A DNA stretch of 60,675 nt, the filler included, from Dimargaris cristalligena (Eukaryota): the NCBI GenBank assembly GCA_003614675.1. It is 2 parts of 2 records of this genome, joined end to end, with 100 filler letters (N's around TTAATTAATTAA, not from the genome) between each part and the next. Parts side by side here need not be neighbours in the genome. Positions count along the whole stretch, not along the records: positions 1 to 30,337 come from ML002462.1; positions 30,438 to 60,675 come from ML002463.1. One strand, written 5' to 3'. Made by a program: the position numbers and the translations under genes. This document shows, piece after piece, positions 26,217 to 37,493 of this stretch. Within the stretch, counting starts at the first letter, position 1. Each line of letters starts with the position of its first letter. The notes beneath the pieces are model-generated. The model was given only the letters and a program-made list of their open reading frames with translations, ran no database searches and had not been told where the DNA came from.

Positions 26217-27588
26217 ACACTAGTTCCTTTTTTTAGTGATTTCTTATGTTGCAATAATTCAATACCAAATAGCCTATATCTACACTCTAGTTATTGTCCC
26301 TGACAAGGTGTATTTAGCACTAACTACCATTAACACTATTCCACAGGGCCAAGTGGGATCATACTTGTCATTATTTGACCAATAGGGAATTTCAAATACA
26401 ATTATGTAAGTTTACTCATTAAATTTATTGGGATTGGGAACTTACGGTCATATCAGTAGATATTCCGTTTTTTCCTTCCTCCAAGTTTACTAGGTGGGCC
26501 AACAGCGCCAGTAATTGGTCACCACCCACTTGAAGGAGTGCCTATTCGGCCGGGAATCTAGATGATTACAAAGCCTCCTAGCGATTGCCACCGTTCAGCG
26601 GTTGCAATATGTTTCCTATTTTCGCTAAACGTGATGGGAGATATTCCTTTAAACGGGGTATCATCTAAAAAGGCCATGTTGGACAATCTACTGATTAGCC
26701 CTGACCTTTCCCCTTTGCCCTTGAGGTGATTCGCAATAAGGAACCGATGGCTTTCGGAACCACCAATTGCGAATGACATGGGTCATTTTAACCCAATATC
26801 GAATCACAGCACTCCCCAATCTGCAAAGACAGCAGTAGCGCAAGCTTTTCCAAAGTCACTTTAGAAAAAATTGAACCCGCGAGACATCGGACAATTTCTA
26901 TATAGCATTATGCATCCCACCCCCCCCCCCTTCAAAACGAAAAGAGGAACCTGGGTAAATCAATAGACACGGCGAAGAAGAATATCGAATATGGTCATCC
27001 GTGGTTTTAGGCTGGACGTTGTTCGATATTGCAGGTCAGCATAAAGTGCACATACTGTTGCCACGCATCGAACATTTTTCCTTTAAACACTAATAAGACA
27101 TGGCTAGTCTTCTTCACTGATTCTTTATTCCTTCATCATTAAGAGTATTGCCTAAATCAATGAACTCCGTAGTGTTTAGGCCGCCGAAAAGGGAAAACGC
27201 ATTGGCCTATTACATTTATATTCAAGCGGGCATGGGTTAGCTGATTAGAAGGTAGCAGCACCAAAACCCCTATTTCACTAGGTTGTCCTAACAACTAATA
27301 TGATACTTCCCATTGGTTTTAATGTGGGCGATGTATAAATAGCGGTCTCCAAGGCCTTACCCAAAACCATTAAGTAGCCATCCGACCATCCGACCATATG
27401 CTTATTACTTTTATATAACGTCAACCAGCGACTCTTCTCCGACCTTTACCTGTAGCATCGTGTATACAAGCCGAAATTCGCGTATCCCTTCTAATTTAAC
27501 GGAACTGGTTTTCATCGATTCGGAGCACGACTAGATATCACGGCGGTCTTTTCATAATCCCACCCTATTTTATTTTTCCACCGGTATC

Positions 27589-28686
27589 ATGTCCCGATTC
27601 AAGCACTGTATAATGTTGCTGAACCTAGCCGCCGTACTCTTAGCCTCCGGCTGGCTTTCCGGTCTACCTCTCGCCACAGCCCATCCGGTTGAACAGTCGG
27701 TTCACGGACGCGGACCCACCAATTCGAGGTCACCGATCGACATGGAAAAGCTGTCATCATTTTTGAACTCAGCCATTTCCCAGGGCTACTCTTACCTGAC
27801 CAATTCCAATGCCCGAAGTGCACCGCGGGTTACCACCGGAAATGACACCGACGAGACCAACGACATAAACCCATCAACTGCCGATTTGCAACCCAGCCGC
27901 GATATTGCATTGCCGAAGACCGGCATTATTAGCGACAATTCCGAGGAAGTAGAGAACTCAGACCCGACTGTCGATCAGTCTGACAACTCACAGGAAGATT
28001 GGGAATTGGTTGACGACGAGTCTGAATCCGCTGATACGCCTGCAAGTAGTAGCAGTACCAAAGCTAACTCCGAATCCGCTGACCCATCGAATGAAACTCC
28101 CAAAACTTCCACTAGTGAACCCGCTCCTGACACCGAAGATACCGATACCCCTAAAGCAAACGTATCTACTGGCCAAGGAAGACAAGTCAAATTTACCTAC
28201 TACTGGATTGCATCCCAGACGGCCGCTGATAAAGGGAATGTAATCATTGGTACCTGCGATGGTAAGCCATTGGCGTCCGTGTCGGAAGACTTCGCCAAGA
28301 CCGTCGAAATGGAGGGGACAGCCAAGCTCCTCGATGGCCAATTCATTAATTTGGCCGACTGCGACTGCTCAAATTTCATGTGCTTCCAGTCGACCCCTTA
28401 CGCCCTGGGGGGGCATAATAACGCACTGATCCCCTATTCCAGCATCGCCGTCAACGACGTGGCCCAGGGCCAAACGCTCTATGTCGAGGCCCTGACTAAA
28501 GTGCGACTGCCCAACGGCCAGTACCACAATGGTTGTGTTCGTGCGGATGATGAGAGCTGGAGCTTCGAGGGCAACCACATTGACTGGTACGTGTTGAGTG
28601 AGGCCAACTACGAAAATTTCAATGGCCAATTGCAGATGGACACGGTATCCATCGTTCCTCAAGCTTGTACAATTGGGACATATTAA
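27589..28686 (+). CDS. Secreted protein with C-terminal 3D (MltA-like lytic transglycosylase) domain
   Basis: Intronless 365-aa ORF with a signal peptide and an S/T/D/E-rich linker, then VKFTYYW...MEGTAKL...LIPYSSIAVND...LYVEAL...LPNG..HNGCVRADD....EGNHIDWYV, matching the bacterial 3D-domain pattern (FT.YY, SIAVD, A.D.G..I.G.HID.F/Y). Confidence 0.75.
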   Translation: MSRFKHCIMLLNLAAVLLASGWLSGLPLATAHPVEQSVHGRGPTNSRSPIDMEKLSSFLNSAISQGYSYLTNSNARSAPRVTTGNDTDETNDINPSTADLQPSRDIALPKTGIISDNSEEVENSDPTVDQSDNSQEDWELVDDESESADTPASSSSTKANSESADPSNETPKTSTSEPAPDTEDTDTPKANVSTGQGRQVKFTYYWIASQTAADKGNVIIGTCDGKPLASVSEDFAKTVEMEGTAKLLDGQFINLADCDCSNFMCFQSTPYALGGHNNALIPYSSIAVNDVAQGQTLYVEALTKVRLPNGQYHNGCVRADDESWSFEGNHIDWYVLSEANYENFNGQLQMDTVSIVPQACTIGTY

Positions 28687-29338
28687 CGGAGCTGAAATTC
28701 CACCAATCGACTGAGTCGAACATTTATCGATTTTTATAAACTACTGTCTTTATTTTTCCTATTTTAACCTATATTTAATAAATAGCCTATAAATCCGTCT
28801 GCATATTCCATCCTGTACAATCCTAGGTCTGGGCAAAGGATTCAACCGGTGCAATATTTGAAAGATCACTCGTTTGCTGATTAGTTTAGCATTGAGGAAA
28901 AAAGGAGGAACAGCTCTTGGTATCAGCGTTGTTATGTTCTTAATCCAGCGGTATTTACCATCAGCACCATTTTCAATCAGTTGGTGCCCACTTTTGGTTA
29001 AAACAACCGGAGCTACACTAGTATATTCCGAATAGATAGGCGATATAATATACAATCGTAAAATATTTGACCCAGCAACTTGACTATGGGTATAATACCA
29101 GTTCTCTAATAGAATATTTACTCGGTTTAGCAAGTCCCATTAGAGGTCGGTATGGTTTAAAGTATGGTAATAGTAGAATCCAGGTAAACAGTAGCACCCA
29201 TTAAAAATCAATACAATATCTTTTAATAATATAAACCCATGTGGGGTTTATGTTTGTAGCTCAAAAGCCTTCGTATAATTCCCGATGGTATCTCCCATTT
29301 TGCGTAAGTAGCTGCAAAAGAATAAGCGTCAGTGCGCA

Positions 29339-30337
29339 TCACTGCACGGGCATCACGTTGCTGCTCCAAATAAAACAGGCGATGGATTCCAGGACATCTC
29401 GAATAAACGGCTGCTCATCGGACTGCAGACGCAACCGGGGAGCGACTGCAATGGAACACAGGCTGATGGGATCGCCATGGCTCCGGACCTTGACTTGTAC
29501 GAGGTAATGGTCAGTGTCGGGGTGCATAATGAGAATCCGCACCTCGCCAATCGAAGTAACGGTACGGTGCGCCGGGTACTGGGCCTTGATAAACCGTTCG
29601 AACAGAATGCGATTAAAGGGCAGGGCCAGTAGACGGGGGAGCATGGGGTGGATATGTTCATCGAGGCACCAGTGGAAGAACAGGTCAGGGGGGTCATGTA
29701 GGTTCGACTCGTGGGGCTTGAGCTCTTGCGACTGGGCCTGGCGGTCCACCATACTGCGCCACAGATCATCTCGGGTTTTGCTCGCCTTGGCACCGGATAG
29801 GATAATCTCGACCCGGTGAACCACCTGCCGGTGGATTTCGTCCCGCTCTTTGGTGCCCAGTTCCAGGACGGAAATGGTACTCCGGGAAATATCCCCCACC
29901 CATTTAGAGGCCCGCTCATGCCAGTCGTCAAACACCATGAACTCCGGGCCCTTGTTGTCCATGAGCCGCTGCTGATACGTGGTTTGGTGCCGCCGGCGAT
30001 CGCTTTCCGTGTCGTACACGCGCACTATAACGTAGTAACGGATGACCGGGGGGTGGGGGCTGGTTAATTCCCCGGGCGGGCTATACAACACTAGGGTAGT
30101 CACATAAAGGGACTTGTTATGGTAGCGCAGGGGTTCGAATTTAACACTTGTTCGCGGATCCGTGGCGTCCATATAACAGACGGGCCCAGTGGTATAAAAG
30201 CGGTTGCGAGCGAATCCAAAATTCTCCGAGTGATTGAAGAAATAGTGGAGCAGGCTCCGGTCATATCGGGGGGACACGGCAATAGTACCCGCGGTGGGGG
30301 CGTGAGCTGAAAACCGAATACCCCCGGCACTTTCGTC
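29339..30337 (-). CDS. SZT2: SZT2 (KICSTOR scaffold) homologue, C-terminal ~330 aa, 5'-truncated at the contig edge
   Basis: The frame is open to the N gap. Colinear similarity to the recalled human SZT2 C-terminus: RYYVIV~AYFVVL, RDDLWRSM~RDTLWKRL, IHPMLPRLL~IDPQLDCFL, ILIMHPDTDHYLVQV~LVVLNQKFTDCFVLV, IRDVLESIACFIWS~LESVINTACFTLWT, with the stop at the equivalent position. Confidence 0.72.
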   Translation of the reverse strand, partial: DESAGGIRFSAHAPTAGTIAVSPRYDRSLLHYFFNHSENFGFARNRFYTTGPVCYMDATDPRTSVKFEPLRYHNKSLYVTTLVLYSPPGELTSPHPPVIRYYVIVRVYDTESDRRRHQTTYQQRLMDNKGPEFMVFDDWHERASKWVGDISRSTISVLELGTKERDEIHRQVVHRVEIILSGAKASKTRDDLWRSMVDRQAQSQELKPHESNLHDPPDLFFHWCLDEHIHPMLPRLLALPFNRILFERFIKAQYPAHRTVTSIGEVRILIMHPDTDHYLVQVKVRSHGDPISLCSIAVAPRLRLQSDEQPFIRDVLESIACFIWSSNVMPVQ

Positions 30338-30437
30338 NNNNNNNNNNNNNNNNNNNNNNNNNNNNNNNNNNNNNNNNNNNNTTAATTAATTAANNNNNNN
30401 NNNNNNNNNNNNNNNNNNNNNNNNNNNNNNNNNNNNN
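30338..30437. other. Artificial contig-joining spacer N44-TTAATTAATTAA-N44
   Basis: Exactly 100 nt and symmetric; the central 12-mer gives stop codons in all six frames. Confidence 0.97.
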
Positions 30438-32268
30438 TAATGAAAATGGAGGAAAAATGACTATACTCATCAGGGGCAGGGGCTCATTCACTCATCAGGG
30501 GTGTACTTCTGATAAGTGTGAAAAATAGTTAAAAAATAAAAGTAGGTAAAAATGTGGTAAGTTCACTACAACTGGCCTAACTAGTATTCATTTAAGTTAG
30601 ATAAACCATGAGACTTGATGAGGTATTTCTAGTGACTTACTTTTGTTAATCTATTATTTATATTTATATATATATATGTATTTCAATTTTTTCATATTTT
30701 TATTATATTACCCAAATGTTATTTACAGAATCACATCTCCAACAAATATACCATGTTAGCATTACTACTGCTTGTGTACTCAGATATAATTTATTTATTC
30801 TGCTGTATTTTTTTATATCCAGACAACATTTACACAACAACATACTACTGTTTGGTTGGGTTGAATAAAATTGAGGTAAAGGGATGAACAGGTCACAGTT
30901 TTAGTGCTACCAGCCATGATGCATTCTAGGAGTAGCCAGTTGCCTCTTTTCACAAAAATATTTCATTACTCAAACATACTATGGCCCCATTATCAGCTTC
31001 CCCAACCCATGTGCTCTGCAAACCAAGTTGTGTGTCTGGTCAATATGCAGCCCTATCAAGAAAGCCACTGTCCTACACCAAATACAGTCACTATTCCTTT
31101 TTTAAAATAATAATGAGAAATGGGAACCCTAAAATATACCAACTAATTCTGGTGGTTTATTTCTCAAGGAAAATAAAATTGAATGCGGCTCAATATGGAT
31201 GATAGTACACTGAATATATACACTTTGATTTTTTAGGTACTTGTATAATAATCTAGAATCATAGGTAACTCAAATATTAGGAAGGTTGGAGTCATAGACA
31301 ACGGATAATAATGGGGCATATAGTCCTTGGAAGACATTACTCTCACCAAAATCCAGTGCTTCCCATCCACCAGTGTACCACAACTACCCAAATGTCCTGA
31401 GGTGGGGACTAACCTGACTTCGCCATGATGCCATATGGAGGAAGCGTTTATAGTGGCCTACAATTTTTAGGAAAGGGGGGAAGAGCATTGTTGTGTACTC
31501 TTGTGTACACAAATCAATCCCCTATTACTCATCCAAGTTTAGCTTATGCTCCTTTCATCCCCCGCCCCCCCCCCCCTCTCTCCCCTTCACTGGTTCCCCT
31601 GTAGGGTAACACGGCCGAGTGATGGGTGAGAAAATGATTTCGGAGTTGCCCTTCCACAAGATAATTGGGGATGGCCGAAACGGTCCATGGAGTATATTGG
31701 GAAGAAGCAAAAGGAGTGAATAAGAAAAGAGGTGGCTACCGGAGTCATGTTTAACCATCTCCACTTACCCCTCCTCAAAATAGTAATAGCCATAGAATTA
31801 TACTATTATTATTATAATTAAAATTGACTTCAGCAAAAAATATTAACTAAAGCAGTTAATAGAGCGCCTTCGCTGCCGCGTCAATGGGCTGATAACTTAA
31901 GCCCCAAGAACATGGTTGCACAGCAATTCGTGAACACGTAGCTCTAAAACTCACCGGTTGAATGGGGGATAGCTGGCCTCCTTGGAGAAGGGAATGCCCT
32001 CTTACCCACATAATTACAATATAAAAGGTCACCTCGCCAGCATCTGGGGATTATTCCCCACTTATATTCCGATTTACTGCATCCATTTCCCTATTTATCC
32101 ATTACCTCCATAGTACGCCCACCCACCCGCCCCACCATTTAATGGCATTTAACATTCTCTACCCCCTGTGCTATTACAACCTATATAACCATTTAATTAC
32201 CAAGTCCACATTATTCACCCTCAATATACACCCCCCCCCTCCCATTCACGACACCCCGACCCGCCAAT

Positions 32269-32685
32269 ATGCAACTCCCCGCCGCTCTTACCACTCTCTT
32301 TCTAATCCTGGCCACTTCCGCCCAGGCCAAGCCTATTGCCACAGACAGTGAGGTTGTTGGTCCTTCCGGGGCCCACCACGCCTCTATGCTATCCACCAAT
32401 CTGCTCCACCACCCCAACGGCAGCGGAGTCCCTGGCCTCCGCCGGACCCGCGGATTTAGAAATATAAAATCCGAATTCGGTATCACCTCCGAGGAATTCC
32501 CCGTTGATAATACAAACAGCGTCCCGGCCGATGGTAGCTCGACTACGGCCCCCCGCCAAGAAGACGACCACACCACCGATTTAGAGCACCGGCCGGAAGA
32601 CAAGTCCAGTCGGGGATACTTCCGTTGGCTCATCTCCGACTTTCAAGACCGCTGGTACGAATTGGCGGCTCGAAACACCACCTAA
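32269..32685 (+). CDS. Small secreted protein of unknown function (138 aa)
   Basis: Signal peptide MQLPAALTTLFLILATSAQA|KP; GC-rich ORF within AT-rich flanks; TATAAAA near 32020. Confidence 0.75.
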   Translation: MQLPAALTTLFLILATSAQAKPIATDSEVVGPSGAHHASMLSTNLLHHPNGSGVPGLRRTRGFRNIKSEFGITSEEFPVDNTNSVPADGSSTTAPRQEDDHTTDLEHRPEDKSSRGYFRWLISDFQDRWYELAARNTT

Positions 32686-33689
32686 TCTACACCGAACCAA
32701 ACTCTATTAGTTAACCGGCATTTTTAATATATATATATATTGATTTACCCTGCCGTTAGGCGCAACAACTACATCCATAAATTAAAGTAAAAGGTTTTGA
32801 TAAATATCATCCAATTAATCCAACAAAATTACCATCAGTAACGTCCAATTTTGTATTGGCATTCCTCAAAAAACAACGTAGGGCTTACTTTTTTCGGCCA
32901 TGGCGTTTAAACAGGTAGTTTTATTGCTTCTCTTTAATTCGTTATCGGAACCATCTAGCACTGGTTGCCTATGGACGGGTAATGGCAGATCGGGAATGGA
33001 AACCTTAACCAACATTAATGGAACCAAGCCGGTGGTGGCACCACAGCTAAATGACCTGTTTGATTGGGGCGGCTAGATAGCATTATACCCACCACACTTC
33101 CTCCTATAATCTCAGCCATTTCCTCTTCCGCCCTAGACAACACAGAGATTATACGCCCCAGTTTCAGCGAAAATGGTGATATTCTCCGTCTATAGTTAGC
33201 CAGCTTTTTCGTAAATTAGCATTTGAAACTACTTCGAAAGCCTTGAAGGTAAAATACCGGTTTAGTGGAGTCAACAGCTGGTATTTTATAGATGCTTAGA
33301 ATAGTATTATTAACATATGGGTTTTTGGTTAATGGGATTAGAAATAGGGGAGTCGAGAAAACGTGAATAGATCCTAGTACATTAAAAAAAAAGGCATGGC
33401 AATAAGAAAATAAGAAATAATAATCGATATTTGGCTCGTGAATGATTATTAGATATGGTGTAGTATACATGAAATATATAGTAAAAGAAAGTAATGATAG
33501 CCCATATCAACCTAATCAAGAGGATAAAATTGGGGGAGAGGGGTTAAGCTCGTAAAAATCAAATCAATTCCAACGAATAGAGTGTTATCTCGAAACTTGG
33601 GGATCTCTAGATGAATAAATCTCGTCGGCCCGAAAAAACAACTTAGTTTCGAAGGGATTCTGATTGTATAAAAAGTGTAGGTAAACTCA

Positions 33690-35366
33690 TTAACACTTCG
33701 TAGTCATATCCGAAAAGGGCTGAAACGCTGGGTCCACGTGGAGCTCGCGGTAGTCTAGGGTAGTCGGAGCTCGCACAGGAGTCGAGCCCAAACTAGCATC
33801 GCCAACGGAGCCGCTGGTCGATAAGTAATTAGGGATATCGGTCAGGAAGTCCGGAGGGATGGACATCCGGGCGGAGATCCTAATAAGGGGTGCCGAGGTG
33901 GATGTGCTGGTGGACGATGAACTAGTACGGGACCGGACCATGGGGGTAGACGCCAGAGGGGTCTGCTGTGAGGGTGTAGATGCGCGTTGGAATTGAGATC
34001 GTCGGCGCAGCGAGCCGGTAGGGGTTTGGTTAAAATGGCTACCGCCATCACTCCACAGAAAGGTGTTAGCGGAGACATTGTTGTAAGGGCCTGCTGCCGG
34101 TGATTGGAAAAACTGGGGCGAGGTCAGGTTAGACGAGGTGGAATCCATGCAATAGAGTGGCTGGGTTAGCGGGTCCAATAGATTATCCGAGGGAATTCGA
34201 AGGGAGGGGTGGTGTCCGGAGAGGCCTAGGGTGCTCCGGCGGGTAGGAGTGTAGTCGGACGCATCAGATTGCGAAGAGACGTCCCAGGATTGTCGAGCCG
34301 CGGCCTGGAGAAGGATAACAGGGGTATCAGACATATGACCGACCGATGCAGGAGATGACATGGTCGACCCGGCATTTAGAGAGAGGCTGGCACGGCGGGA
34401 TACTGAATCAAATTTGGTTTCCACGCGCAGATTGGATGGGTGTGGTTCAAAGGAGTCAGGAGTGGAGGCGACGGCGGTGGCTTGCGTGGTTGTAGCGGCG
34501 GGAGTACGATCGATGAGCCCAGGGCCGCCCGCGGCCTGTCGACGTACCCGGAGATTAAGCCAATAAGCATACGCAGGCAGGGCCACGCGGCGGTAGAAGG
34601 ACTGAGTGGTAGTGCTCCACGGGTGCTGGGCCCAGGCCACGGCCACAATCCGCAAGACGGTGTAGTAGGGCATGAAGCGGAGCAGCCAGTCGAAGGAATG
34701 GTCGGCCAACTGCAGAGAGCCGTAGAGAAGCCAATAGAGAAGCCAGCGCCGCGACGTTTGACTGTTTTTAGGCCATTCGTTAAGGTTGCCGCCATTAGCG
34801 CTGGTGGGCTGGTAGTCCCATTCGGAGGGCCGACTGGACCAGGTGGTGTAGGCGGCAAACAGCGGGTCGAGGTCTGGTGCCGAGGTGGGGGAGTCTGAGG
34901 GCGAAGGGTTGGCCGCCTCGGATGGGCCGTGGAGTTCCGAGGGCCGTTGGTTGGGCGCACAAATGTCGACGGTTTCGCCGTCCAGCGACAGAAGGGTCTG
35001 CACGGTTTTCAGGGCCGGATAAACGAAGCCGATGGTTTGGAAAATGGTGCTAGCGGTGTGAATATAGAGGCGGCGGGTCAGGGCGGCTGACAGGACGAGG
35101 GTAATGAAGAAGAGCAGCAGCGGGGGTATGCCGGTGCGGCGGATAATTAGCTGGTACAGGAACTGCTTATGGAGAAAGGCCTCGAGTTTGGAGCAGGTAA
35201 TGACCAGGGTGAGACGTACTTTCTGATAGCGAGCCTGCCAATGGAATGGGAGACGGCATTCTAAACGAGTCAGGCGCTGATTCAGCAGAGCAGCGGCCTG
35301 TAGCTGGGGAGGACCGCTCCTGGGAGGGGAGTCGTGCTGGGAACTCGGTACTAGAGTCCCGAACAT
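33690..35366 (-). CDS. TB2/DP1/HVA22 (REEP/Yop1) family membrane-shaping protein with long disordered C-terminus
   Basis: IGFVYPALKTVQTL and RRWLLYWLLYGSLQLADH..DWLL.FMPYY..LRI...AW..HP are the family motifs. 558-aa ORF; an upstream exon is possible (acceptor-like site near 35382). Confidence 0.85.
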   Translation of the reverse strand: MFGTLVPSSQHDSPPRSGPPQLQAAALLNQRLTRLECRLPFHWQARYQKVRLTLVITCSKLEAFLHKQFLYQLIIRRTGIPPLLLFFITLVLSAALTRRLYIHTASTIFQTIGFVYPALKTVQTLLSLDGETVDICAPNQRPSELHGPSEAANPSPSDSPTSAPDLDPLFAAYTTWSSRPSEWDYQPTSANGGNLNEWPKNSQTSRRWLLYWLLYGSLQLADHSFDWLLRFMPYYTVLRIVAVAWAQHPWSTTTQSFYRRVALPAYAYWLNLRVRRQAAGGPGLIDRTPAATTTQATAVASTPDSFEPHPSNLRVETKFDSVSRRASLSLNAGSTMSSPASVGHMSDTPVILLQAAARQSWDVSSQSDASDYTPTRRSTLGLSGHHPSLRIPSDNLLDPLTQPLYCMDSTSSNLTSPQFFQSPAAGPYNNVSANTFLWSDGGSHFNQTPTGSLRRRSQFQRASTPSQQTPLASTPMVRSRTSSSSTSTSTSAPLIRISARMSIPPDFLTDIPNYLSTSGSVGDASLGSTPVRAPTTLDYRELHVDPAFQPFSDMTTKC

Positions 35367-37493
35367 GGTACATGAACAGGCTAATAAGACGCTAAGGTAG
35401 AAGACGGGGCTAAAGGGAGCAGGTTAAGGGTAGTAGAGTAGGAGAAGTACTGGATAAGGGAATGGGGAAGCCCTGGGGGCACTGTAGAAGCAGAGTAGCA
35501 CAAAATAAAAGAAGTATTCTGGTATGTCAAAAGGGGGAGGGAAACAGGTATATGCTGAAAACACAATAATACAAAAAGGGAGAGAAAAGGGTTGCGGGTT
35601 TGGAAGAGAGAGGAACAGCAGCACAGTTTATAGGGAAGGATGGTAGTAGTAGTAGTAGTAGTAATAGTAGTGGTTAGTTAGATATAAGATAGTCGCTGGT
35701 TGGTATATGCGATGGTGGAGTGGGAAACTAGAGAGGGCGTGTGAGAAGGATGAATGCGCATATAGCCGACGAGAGAAAGATAAGTATATAAATCTCAGCA
35801 AATACCTGACGCCTCGAAAAGAGTGGCAGATAATAAATACTGAATGGGGCACTCAATGTTGGACTTGTCTAAAGAATTGCACTCTGTGATATATAAGAGG
35901 GGAAAGACCAACCGACACACATCAACAATGATCAGCCGACGATACTCCTGGCATCGAAAGAAATAAAGAAAGAGACGGCACAAATACGACTAGAAATGGC
36001 GAATTTAGTAGGCGATCGTGCGCATTACATCGTAGGGCAAAGGTGGATAACGACGATATATCTTTTCTTTATTAGGGCACAGGCAATGCATACCGTTGAC
36101 GACCAAAACAACCAACATACAACATACATGAACGCGGGGACAGTCCCAGTTGGTATTACTGATTGATTGATGCATGTAAAAGCACCTCTCTATTACTGCT
36201 GGAAGCCCTGGTGTGGTGAAGGAAAGGAGCGTATCTCTAAGGAGGAGGAGGGGTTGTATTGACGATAGACGAAGGGCACAGCAGTAGAAGGCCAATGGGC
36301 AGTGGACTTGGCGTGCTACCAGCAGTCACTTACATGGGCGGATTGGGTGACCACTGTTGCTGCAGGACCATGGTGTCCATCCACACCTGCCATTGCACCA
36401 GTAGACTCGGTGGGTGTTAGAAAAACCCTCCTGGAACATAGAGAAAGTGGCCTGTCCAAGGAGAGTAAATAATACCAGTAGGAGGGCTACAGCTTCGGGG
36501 ACCAACGGGCGAGTGGGACCCGCGTTGAAGCCGATGGCCCTTGTGAATTGAATGGATGCGCCAATACGTAGGCTGGCCAGCTTACGATGGCAGGCAAATA
36601 AACCACCAACCACCTAATAACCTACATTATTAATATTTATTTACCATACGTACCCCCCCCCCATATATCACCAAAGCTTGGCTACACAATTCATTGCCAA
36701 CCCCTTAGATGCGGCAATGGTACGAGTCTACAATAAATATGTCGACGATGTCCCCTCCGGACGCATCCAACGGCTTGCTCCGCTTTACTTGGCTACTCCC
36801 CCATCCGCTGCACCCTGTGGGCTACAACAGTGCATAAAGTGCCAACAGGGGCTGCCGTTTCATGCTCATAATCAGTCCTCGAAACCAGCTCCCCCTCCTT
36901 CACTGTTCCGGTTGCAAACTGTGCCTTACTACTACCCCCAATTCGTCCCTATACTGAATGCCACACTGCCCCTGGTTCGGTCGTCAAGGCAGGCGCAGGC
37001 ACCAAAGAACGGCGATAATCACCCCCATTGACCAAATGTCCACACCTCGGGCCTGATGCTTTGAGATGCGGCTCCGATATGCCCAAGGAAACCAGCCGGT
37101 TCCGCCATTATTCTGACATGTTAATATGGGGGTATACATAATCAGGAGTAACCGTTGTATATGGGTTTTGGGGTGTGATCATAAAGAGCAACAGCCCCAT
37201 TAGTTTTATGTTCTATTTTATTGCAGATACTACTCAGGCCAGGGCATGAGCAGCCCCGGGTATGACAATGGACATTCGACTACGCACTGAAACAATACAA
37301 ATATAAATATAAATATAACCCCGCTTATTTATATCTTCCAACTAAAACCCCGGAACCTCCGTTGTGGGCTTATTATGTCGAGCATCGATGACGTATAGTG
37401 CGGAGTGCCTCTGTCGACCGTTGTGATAGATACTACTTGGCCTATCACCATAGACCCATATGCCCTTCCAACAGACTGCCCGTTTAGAGGGAA

